From Patescibacteria group bacterium (GTDB lineage: Bacteria; Patescibacteriota; Kazan-3B-28): a DNA stretch of 39,237 nt. Positions within the stretch are counted from its first letter, which is position 1; the number at the start of each line of letters is the position of its first letter. The stretch covers positions 1 through 39,237 of the forward strand of contig JBAZNQ010000002.1 of the NCBI GenBank assembly GCA_041649135.1, given 5' to 3'. Below, piece by piece: positions 17,127-24,711 of the stretch. Below the pieces are notes generated by a model. The model was given only the letters and a program-made list of their open reading frames with translations, had not been told where the DNA came from and ran no database searches. A program made the position numbers and the translations under genes.

Positions 17127-19307
17127 CTACTTAGGCCATCTCGCAGAGATCAATTGACCCTCGTAGAGTTCCATCCAAACCGCTTCCGTCGCGAACGGCA
17201 CAAACGGGTGAAGTAACACAAGGGCGTTTCTTAATACGTGATGAAGCACTGCGGAAGCCGCCTCTTTGCGATTTTCATCTTCCAATTGGTCCTTGTATTC
17301 TTCAATAATTTTGTCACAGAAAGTATGCCAGAAGTAGTCGTAGATAAATTCCCCTGCCTGCCCCAGCTGGTACTTCTCCATCATCTTCGTCATCTCCGCC
17401 GCTGCCTCATCGAATTCCTTTAGCACCTCTCTGTCTCGTTCGTTCAGGGCAACATCCGTTATTCCAACTGTCCATCCCTTAATTCTTGATTCTTGATTCT
17501 TAATTCCAGACATAAACCTCGCCGCATTCCAAATCTTATTGGCAAAATTTCTGTACGCCCGAATTTTGTCTTCGGAGATATTGGTATCATTTCCTGCCGC
17601 CGTTCCCGCGATCAGCCCCATTCGCAGGGCATCTGCTCCGTACTTCTCCACCATCACCAGCGGGTCAATCACATTCCCTTTGGACTTAGAAATTTTTTGC
17701 CCATGATTGTCCCGTACCAATCCATTGAAAAATACCGTCTCAAATGGAACCTCACCAGTACAATACAGCCCCATCATTATCATTCTGGCAACCCAGAAGA
17801 AGATAATATCATAGGCGGTTTCCATCATGGTGGTAGGGTAAAAATATTTAAAATCAGCGGTTTTTTCTGGCCAACCCAAAGTCGTAAACGGCCATAAGCC
17901 AGAAGAAAACCAAGTGTCTAAAGTGTCCTCATCTTGTTTCATCTCGCACTTCCCACAAATCGGACATTTCTCTGGTCTTGTCTCCGCCACCACAAACTCT
18001 TCCTCCCCCCCATTGGACATTGGACATTGAACATTGGACATTATTCCGGTTTGGTTTTTACAATACCAAACCGGAACCCTATGTCCCCACCACACCTGCC
18101 GGCTAATGTTCCAATCCCGAATATTTTCCATCCAATTCGAGTAGATTTTTTCGAACCGCTCGGGAATAAATTTTATCTTGCCCGTCTTTACCGCCGCCAA
18201 TGCTGGCTTCGCCAATGGGGCGATTTTCACAAACCACTGTTTCGACACCTTGGGTTCCAATATGGTACCGCATTTCACACAATGACCCACACTATGAATA
18301 TGCTTCACCTGTTTTTCAATTAAGCTCTGCTCCTGCAGGTCTGCCAACACTTTCTCCCGTGCCTCTCCCACTTTCATTCCCGCATAACTACCAGCCGCTT
18401 CCGTCATTTTGTTTCGATCATCAATCACGGACATCAATGGTAGATTGTGCCTCTGCCCAATTTCAAAATCAGTCGGATCATGCGCCGGTGTTACTTTTAC
18501 CGCCCCAGTCCCGAACTCCTTGTCCACCGCCTCATCCGCAATTACCGGAATTTCCCTGTCCGTCAGCGGCAGTTTTACCATCTTCCCTACTACTTCTTTA
18601 TATCGCTTGTCATCGGGATTCACCGCCACCGCCGTATCTCCCAACATTGTTTCTGGTCGAGTAGTCGCCACCGTCACAAATCCAGAACCATCAGCCAATG
18701 GATATTTAATGTATGCCAACTGACCCTCCACTTCCTGATGCTCAACCTCCAAATCCGACAAGCCAGTCGCACACTTGCTACACCAGTTCACGATCCGCTC
18801 TCCTCGATAGATCAGCCCTTCGTCATACATTTTCTTGAAGGTGTAATACACCGCATGGCTCACGTCTGGGTCAAGGGTAAATTTACTTCGGCTCCAATCA
18901 CAGCTCGCCCCCAGCGCCCGTAGCTGGTTTTCCATGATCTTCCGTTTCTCATCCATATGTCGGCCCAATTCTTCCACAAATTTTTCTCTGCCCAATTCAA
19001 ACCGACTGATCCCTCTCTCCTTTTGCAACAACTTGTCAAAAAAAACCTGACTCCCTAGTCCAGCGTGATCTGCCCCAGGCAGCCACAAAGTCGGCTCGCC
19101 TTTCAGCCTGTGATATCGGATCATAATATCTTCCACCGTTACAAACAAAGCATGGCCAATATGTAATTGGTCATAGGCATTCGGCGGCGGCATGATGATC
19201 GTGTACGGCTTTTTACCCTCCTCTATTTTGGGTGTGAAAGCCCCCGTCTCTTCCCAGAGATGGTAAATTTTCTTTTCTAAATCAATAAAATTGAACGACT
19301 TGTCCAT
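17127..19307 (-). CDS. valS: Valine--tRNA ligase (short form)
   Basis: PPPN..LHIGHA, WLPGADHAG, ATTRPETMLGDTAVAVNP, GTGAVKVTPAHD, DWNISRQVWWGH, DTWFSSGLWP and KISKSKGN. Confidence 0.98.
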   Translation of the reverse strand: MDKSFNFIDLEKKIYHLWEETGAFTPKIEEGKKPYTIIMPPPNAYDQLHIGHALFVTVEDIMIRYHRLKGEPTLWLPGADHAGLGSQVFFDKLLQKERGISRFELGREKFVEELGRHMDEKRKIMENQLRALGASCDWSRSKFTLDPDVSHAVYYTFKKMYDEGLIYRGERIVNWCSKCATGLSDLEVEHQEVEGQLAYIKYPLADGSGFVTVATTRPETMLGDTAVAVNPDDKRYKEVVGKMVKLPLTDREIPVIADEAVDKEFGTGAVKVTPAHDPTDFEIGQRHNLPLMSVIDDRNKMTEAAGSYAGMKVGEAREKVLADLQEQSLIEKQVKHIHSVGHCVKCGTILEPKVSKQWFVKIAPLAKPALAAVKTGKIKFIPERFEKIYSNWMENIRDWNISRQVWWGHRVPVWYCKNQTGIMSNVQCPMSNGGEEEFVVAETRPEKCPICGKCEMKQDEDTLDTWFSSGLWPFTTLGWPEKTADFKYFYPTTMMETAYDIIFFWVARMIMMGLYCTGEVPFETVFFNGLVRDNHGQKISKSKGNVIDPLVMVEKYGADALRMGLIAGTAAGNDTNISEDKIRAYRNFANKIWNAARFMSGIKNQESRIKGWTVGITDVALNERDREVLKEFDEAAAEMTKMMEKYQLGQAGEFIYDYFWHTFCDKIIEEYKDQLEDENRKEAASAVLHHVLRNALVLLHPFVPFATEAVWMELYEGQLISARWPK

Positions 19308-19311
19308 AAGG

Positions 19312-20670
19312 CTAATCGGTAATCACATTGGCATTGTACCATCTGTACTTCTCCTGCTCGAAAGAAGGAGGGAGAGTAGTGAGCGTTTGTTTTCCCACGG
19401 GTGGAGTGGGGAGCAGGCGGCTAGTCCGAGCGTTAGCGAGGATTGGCTTTGCCAACCGCCGATGAGGGGAGGACACACCTCGTTCTTCCCTCATGGTAAA
19501 ATACGCCGCCGCCCCGATCATCGCCGCATTGTCGGTACAATATTTAAATTCCGGAATAACGATTTTCAGCCCTAGTTCATTGGCTCGTCTTTGAACCTCT
19601 TCCCGCAATCGCCGATTGGCCGATACTCCACCGCCAATGATAATCGTCTTCGCTTTATACTTCTTCGCCGCCTTCAGCAATTTAACGACCAATACCTCCA
19701 CCACCGCTTCTTGAAACTCCCACGCGATCTCCGCAATCCTCTTTTTGGTGATTGCTTGATTATTGGTTATTGGATATTGGATATTAGCCGCAACAGCGGC
19801 TGTTGCTGTTTTTAACCCCGAAAAGCTAAAATCAAAATTATCCTCGTCCATCATCGGCCTCGGCAACCTCACCCTTTCCCCTGCTTTGGTGCTTGGTGCT
19901 TGGTGATTGAGTATTGTTTGATTATTGGTTATTGGATATTGGATATTAGCCGCAGCAGCGGCTATTGCTGTTTTTAACCCCGAAAAGCTAAAATCAAAAT
20001 TATCCTCGTCCATCATCGGCCTCGGCAACCTCACCTCCCCCTCCTTCGTTTTTAACTTTTCACTTTTAACTTTTAACTTTGCGGCTTCAGCCGCAATCGC
20101 GGGTCCCCCCGGGTATCCCAGCCCCAAAATCCGAGCCACTTTATCGAATGCTTCACCTGCCGCATCATCACGGGTACCACCTACATATTTATATTCCCCA
20201 TCGCTCCTCGTCAGTACGATTTCTGAATGTCCGCCACTTGTTACTAATGAAACCAACGGATACTCAATTTTTTCATCCCCCAACCAACCAGCGTAGATAT
20301 GCCCCAGTAAATGATTCACCGAAATCACTGGCTTATCCCACAAATAGCCCAAAGTCTTGGCCGCATTTACACCCACCAACAAAGACCCCAATAACCCCGG
20401 ATCGGTCGTTACCGCGATCGCATCAATTTGTTTTGGGGCCAGCCCAGTTTTACGCAACGCCAACTCGATCAACGGATAAATCGCTTCCAAATGTTGGCGG
20501 GACGCTACTTCCGGCACCACTCCCCCGAACTCTGCGTGTAGTTTTTCCTGACTCGCCACCAAAGAAACCAAAACCTTCAGCCGCTCCCGAAGGGAAGCCT
20601 TTGGCCTCGTTCCTTCCACCACCGCCACCGCCGTATCATCACAAGATGATTCAATTGCTAAAATACGCAT
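19312..20670 (-). CDS. tsaD: tRNA N6-threonylcarbamoyltransferase TsaD, with an internal duplication and a C-terminal insertion
   Basis: ILAIESSCDDT, GGVVPEVASRQH, NHLLGH, SGGHS, TRDDAAGEAFDKVAR, DFSFSGLKT (twice) and CTDNAAMI. The likely start is the ATG at 20670. Confidence 0.96.
   Translation of the reverse strand: MRILAIESSCDDTAVAVVEGTRPKASLRERLKVLVSLVASQEKLHAEFGGVVPEVASRQHLEAIYPLIELALRKTGLAPKQIDAIAVTTDPGLLGSLLVGVNAAKTLGYLWDKPVISVNHLLGHIYAGWLGDEKIEYPLVSLVTSGGHSEIVLTRSDGEYKYVGGTRDDAAGEAFDKVARILGLGYPGGPAIAAEAAKLKVKSEKLKTKEGEVRLPRPMMDEDNFDFSFSGLKTAIAAAAANIQYPITNNQTILNHQAPSTKAGERVRLPRPMMDEDNFDFSFSGLKTATAAVAANIQYPITNNQAITKKRIAEIAWEFQEAVVEVLVVKLLKAAKKYKAKTIIIGGGVSANRRLREEVQRRANELGLKIVIPEFKYCTDNAAMIGAAAYFTMREERGVSSPHRRLAKPILANARTSRLLPTPPVGKQTLTTLPPSFEQEKYRWYNANVITD
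19756..20035. repeat. In-frame intragenic duplication in tsaD (118-bp copies, 162-bp offset)
   Basis: 19756-19873 versus 19918-20035, with two substitutions found on manual comparison. Confidence 0.92.
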
Positions 20671-20749
20671 TCCGAGCGAATTATACCATAAAAACATCAG
20701 TCTAGAAGCCACTTTTTGGTATACTATAGTTAGGTTCAATCTCCCTTCC

Positions 20750-20847
20750 CGTCATTCTGGCAAACCCCTCCCTCCGTCATTCTGGCAAACCCCTCGTTCC
20801 GTCATTCTGGCAATTCTGCCGTACGGCAGAAGCGACCAGAATCTTAT
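20750..20847 (+). repeat. 25-bp tandem repeat of a GTCATTCTGG element arm
   Basis: CGTCATTCTGGCAA occurs at 20750, 20775 and 20800. Only the last copy closes with CCAGAATC. Confidence 0.85.
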
Positions 20848-20889
20848 AGAAAATGCGCCAAAGGCGCCACCAAAACTCTTCATCGCAGA

Positions 20890-21000
20890 TCCTCCGTAGC
20901 CTCGGCGTAGGAGGACTACCCAAACCTATTTCTCTCTTCTCTCTTCTCTCTTCTCTCTTCTCTCTCCTCTCTATTCTCTACTCTCTAATCTTTCCCCTCT
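20890..21000. repeat. 30-bp palindrome followed by a polypyrimidine tract
   Basis: TCCTCC-GTAGCCTCGGCGTA-GGAGGA-CTAC (20890-20919), then CTCTCTT arrays (~20926-21000) ending at the ATG at 21001. Confidence 0.85.
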
Positions 21001-22011
21001 ATGCGCCTCATCACTCCTACTCCTGAAACTTGGGACAACTATCTCATCAAAAATGAGCTTGGTCATTTTCTCCAAAGTTGGGCTTGGGGTGAGTTCCAAG
21101 AAAAGCTTGGTAATAAAATTTGGCGATTAGTAGTTGAAGACAACGGGCAAATTATTACCCAGCTTTTAGTAATCAAATTGAGTTTGGGGTTTGGTCAGTC
21201 CATTCTCTACTCCCCTCGTGGCCAACTGATTAATAAAAATCGTTCTCTCACCGCCACCCAAGCTGGTATCGCCTTGCTGCTTCAAGAGATTAAAAAAATT
21301 GCCACCCAAGAAAAAGTAGTTTGTTTTCGAATTGATCCCCCAGCCCCCGCCGATGATCTCACCACCGAACGCTTTTATGCTTCTAGCGGTTTTGTCAAAA
21401 ACCCCAAGTCCATTCAACCGCTCCACTCATTGATCCTCGACCTTCACCCAACCCCCGAACAATTACTCGCCACCATGAAAACCAAGACCCGCTACAATAT
21501 CCACATTGCCGAAAAGCACGGCATTACTGCCACCAAGTCTGACCATCCTTACGACTTCGATAAATTCCTAGAGCTCACCCGTGCTACCTCCGGTCGACAA
21601 GGATTCGCTTCCCATTCTGAAAACTATTACCGCACCCAATTTAATGTTCTCCACACAGCCAACCTGCAGGACCTTTGGGTTGCCCGTCATCAAGATAAAG
21701 CTATCGCCGCTATTCTAGTTAATTATTTTGGCGATACCGCTACTTATGTTCATGGCGCCTCCGACCACTCTCAACACGAACTCATGGCACCCCACCTGCT
21801 CCAGTTTGCGGCCATTCAAGATGCCCGCCGCCGTGGTTTTGCTCGCTACGATTTTTGGGGCATCAACCCTGACCCCAATCATCCTTGGGCTGGATTCACA
21901 CGATTCAAACGCGGGTTTGGCGGTACCGAGATTAAATATATCGGCACTCTAGAGCTCCCCATCAATCCCCTGTTATATAAATTGTATCGGCTCGTCAGCC
22001 GTTTACACTAA
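21001..22011 (+). CDS. FemABX family peptidoglycan interpeptide bridge enzyme
   Basis: HFLQSWAWGEF, LYSPRG, KTKTRYNI, YVHGAS, YDFWGI and GFTRFKRGFGG, adjacent to murE. Confidence 0.92.
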   Translation: MRLITPTPETWDNYLIKNELGHFLQSWAWGEFQEKLGNKIWRLVVEDNGQIITQLLVIKLSLGFGQSILYSPRGQLINKNRSLTATQAGIALLLQEIKKIATQEKVVCFRIDPPAPADDLTTERFYASSGFVKNPKSIQPLHSLILDLHPTPEQLLATMKTKTRYNIHIAEKHGITATKSDHPYDFDKFLELTRATSGRQGFASHSENYYRTQFNVLHTANLQDLWVARHQDKAIAAILVNYFGDTATYVHGASDHSQHELMAPHLLQFAAIQDARRRGFARYDFWGINPDPNHPWAGFTRFKRGFGGTEIKYIGTLELPINPLLYKLYRLVSRLH

Positions 22012-22063
22012 GCCACAAGAGCATAGAGAGTAGAAAGCATCTCATCTCTCATCTCTACCCATC

Positions 22064-23401
22064 ATGAAGAAACTTCTCAAAAAAATCCTAGGCCGGGCCT
22101 TCTCCCCTCAATCGTTTCTTTACGACACCTACCACAAAACTCGCGGCATGACCGCCGCTATGTTGTATGGTTTCCCCGCCCGCAAAATGATCGTCATCGG
22201 TATTACTGGCACCAACGGCAAAACTACTACCGCCAATTTGCTTGGCCAAATCCTAGAAACTACAAACGAGAAAATTGGACTGGCAACTACCGTCAATTTC
22301 TGGATTGGCCACAAGCGCTGGATCAATGAAACCAAAATGACGACCTTCAGCCCCTTCAAACTCCAAAGCCTTTTAAAAGAAATGTCCCAAGCCGGTTGTC
22401 GTTACGCCATCGTCGAAACCTCCTCCCACGCCATCGCCCAACATCGTACTTGGGGCATTGACTACGACGTAGCGGTTTTTACCAACCTCACTCCCGAGCA
22501 TCTCGACTTTCACCCTACCTTCGAACATTACCGCAATACCAAACTCCGACTTTTCAAAAGTTTATTTCGCTCTCGCCGAAAAACTAATACCCCCAAAATT
22601 GCCGTCATCAACTTTGACGATCCAGTTGCCAGTCATTTTGCCCAAGTTCCGGCTGACCAAAAATTTTTCTATTCAATTAACAAGCTTGAAACTAACGACA
22701 CCAAAGAAAGTCCCATTACCGCCAATATTATCCATGCCGACGAGTCCAGCACGACTTTCGATTTAAACACCCCCTTCGGGAAAACTTCTATTACCCTACA
22801 TCTCCCAGGCCGTTTTAATGTTAGCAATGCTCTGGCCGCCGCCAGCACCGCCCTTGGGCTTGGCATACCTTTAGAAAAAATCAAGCAAGGGTTGGAACAA
22901 GTTAAAGTCGTCCCTGGCCGAATGGAACGCATCGAAGCTGGTCAGCCCTTCACTGTCATTGTTGACTATGCTCATACTCCCGATGGTTTTGAACAAGTTC
23001 TCTCCACCACCCGTTCGTTTACCAAGGGCAGGCTTATTACCGTATTCGGTGCCGCTGGTAATCGCGACAAAACTAAACGTCCAAAATTAGGCGAGATCGC
23101 CAGCCGCTATGCTGACGTTTTAGTCTTAACTGAAGAAGACCCCGCCAACGAAGATCCAAACCAAATCATTGAGGCGATCAAGTCCGGCATCCCAGCTCGT
23201 TTTCGCGATGATGACAATCTCTTCACTATCCTCTCTCGCCCAGACGCTCTCCGCCACGCCTTCAAGCTTGCCCAGCCGTCAGATACTGTGATGCTATTAG
23301 CCATGGGTGCTCAAACCAAGATGGCTGTAAAAACTGGCCTCATCCCCTATGATGAACGAGACTTCGCCCGAAATCTGCTACACTCAATAGTGAACCGCTG
23401 A
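22064..23401 (+). CDS. murE: UDP-N-acetylmuramoyl-tripeptide synthetase MurE
   Basis: GITGTNGKTTT, ETSSHAIAQHR, FTNLTPEHLDFH, PGRFNVSNALAA, PGRME, VDYAHTPD and VFGAAGNRDKTKRP. Confidence 0.93.
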   Translation: MKKLLKKILGRAFSPQSFLYDTYHKTRGMTAAMLYGFPARKMIVIGITGTNGKTTTANLLGQILETTNEKIGLATTVNFWIGHKRWINETKMTTFSPFKLQSLLKEMSQAGCRYAIVETSSHAIAQHRTWGIDYDVAVFTNLTPEHLDFHPTFEHYRNTKLRLFKSLFRSRRKTNTPKIAVINFDDPVASHFAQVPADQKFFYSINKLETNDTKESPITANIIHADESSTTFDLNTPFGKTSITLHLPGRFNVSNALAAASTALGLGIPLEKIKQGLEQVKVVPGRMERIEAGQPFTVIVDYAHTPDGFEQVLSTTRSFTKGRLITVFGAAGNRDKTKRPKLGEIASRYADVLVLTEEDPANEDPNQIIEAIKSGIPARFRDDDNLFTILSRPDALRHAFKLAQPSDTVMLLAMGAQTKMAVKTGLIPYDERDFARNLLHSIVNR

Positions 23402-23472
23402 TAAAAATACCCCCTCCATCAGTCCACCAGTCCATTTGTCTATTAGTCTATAAAAACTATAAGTCTAACCAT

Positions 23473-24315
23473 ATGATCGAATTTGATCAAAACCTCAATC
23501 CAGTCGAACCACCAAAACCAAACAATCCATTTACTCCTCCACCAGTCATGCCGTCACCCACTCCTCGAACATCCATGACTCCACCGAATGGTCGTGGTTT
23601 AGGTTTGGTCTTGGGCGTTGTTGGTATCATCGTAGTTGCCGCCGTATTGTTGATCACTCTCGGTGCCAGACCCTCAACTACTACTGGCCAAATGGAAGGT
23701 TTAAGCGTCAACGCTGACGCTACTGTTTACGCTTCTCCCGACATTGCTCGGGTGAACGTTGGTATCGTCAAGACAGCCAAAACTGTGTCTGAAGTCGAAA
23801 AGGCTTTGTCGGATGCTTCCACTACTATTCAACAAGCCATCATTGATGCTGGAGTAAAAGAAGCGGACATTAAAACTGTCGATTACAGCATCTATCCAGA
23901 ACAAACTTACGTTAACGGTTCCGTCAGCCGCATCACCGGCTATAGTGGCCGTCATAGTATGGAAGTTACTATTCGTGAGCTCGACAAAACCGATACTGTG
24001 TTGTCTAGCGTTACTGCCGCTGGCGCCAACGAAGTCGGCCAACTTACCTTCACTCTTGAAAATCCAGACGACAAGTTGGCTGAAGCCCGCAAAGAGGCCA
24101 TGAAGAAGGCAAAGGACAAAGCTAAACAAATCGCCAAGGACGGCGACTTCACTTTAGGAAGATTGATTTCTGTTAATGAATATTCCAACACCCCCAGCCC
24201 AATGTATGACTACACTAAGGGTTCGGGTATGGGTGGTGCTGAAGTTACTCCCAGCACCGAGTCCGGCAGTCTCGCAATGCAGGTCAACGTTACTCTGGTC
24301 TACAAAATTCGCTAA
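23473..24315 (+). CDS. SIMPL (DUF541) domain protein
   Basis: TM segment followed by VYASPDIARVNVG, DIKTVDYSIYP, AGANEVGQLTF and LGRLISVNE. Confidence 0.88.
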   Translation: MIEFDQNLNPVEPPKPNNPFTPPPVMPSPTPRTSMTPPNGRGLGLVLGVVGIIVVAAVLLITLGARPSTTTGQMEGLSVNADATVYASPDIARVNVGIVKTAKTVSEVEKALSDASTTIQQAIIDAGVKEADIKTVDYSIYPEQTYVNGSVSRITGYSGRHSMEVTIRELDKTDTVLSSVTAAGANEVGQLTFTLENPDDKLAEARKEAMKKAKDKAKQIAKDGDFTLGRLISVNEYSNTPSPMYDYTKGSGMGGAEVTPSTESGSLAMQVNVTLVYKIR

Positions 24316-24357
24316 CCAGCAAAACTGTCCTGAAACATCGAAACAACTTTTAGTCTT

Positions 24358-24385
24358 AAAAGAGATGGCCACCGCCATCTCTTTT
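24358..24385. terminator. Bidirectional intrinsic terminator
   Basis: AAAAGAGATGGC-cacc-GCCATCTCTTTT, a perfect 12-bp stem downstream of the SIMPL gene. Confidence 0.8.
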
Positions 24386-24398
24386 ATTCCCCTGCTGT

Positions 24399-24620
24399 CT
24401 CCGCCATTGGAGTCCGAGCGTCCTGAATTAGCAAAATTATCGCAGCGAAGGCGTTGTTTGACGACCAGAGGGAGGAGTTCGCCGAAAGCGAAGAAAGCTA
24501 AGTTTGTTATGGCGAACAATCGCAACGACCCCAAAGGGGAGCCTTAGGCTCTGGCGGGCGGCTTTGGTTACTTTCCCCAAGAGGAAAGTAACCGCCGGTT
24601 CAGCGCGGCGCAGAGCGCTG
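24399..24620. repeat. ~210-bp structured dispersed repeat, copy 2
   Basis: Colinear with 16755-16960 and carries the 11-bp inverted repeat GGTTACTTTCC/GGAAAGTAACC at 24566-24593. Confidence 0.85.
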
Positions 24621-24699
24621 GAAAGAAAAATAAACAAGCAGAAAGTGCCAATTGGTCGAGCGCAATTTGGCGCTCGCCCCCCCACCCCTGTGTAAGGGG

Positions 24700-24705
24700 T
24701 ATAAT
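24700..24705 (+). promoter_or_regulatory. -10 box 6 nt upstream of the polA ATG (possible leaderless mRNA)
   Basis: TATAAT-aagcct-ATG with no Shine-Dalgarno sequence. Confidence 0.5.
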
Positions 24706-24711
24706 AAGCCT

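Noticed and set aside
20671-20739. N-terminal extensions in the ORF track for tsaD (also polA 24652, VirB4-N 9528, jag 36197)
   Set aside because: The family N-termini start at downstream ATGs, and the extensions cover promoter or repeat sequence.
20750-20847. CRISPR-like direct repeats
   Set aside because: The period is only 25 bp with no unique spacers and no cas genes. It is a stuttered palindrome arm.
24154-24695. ORFs 24154-24534, 24176-24547, 24437-24685 and 24504-24695
   Set aside because: They run through a terminator and the ~210-bp repeat and are shadow frames.
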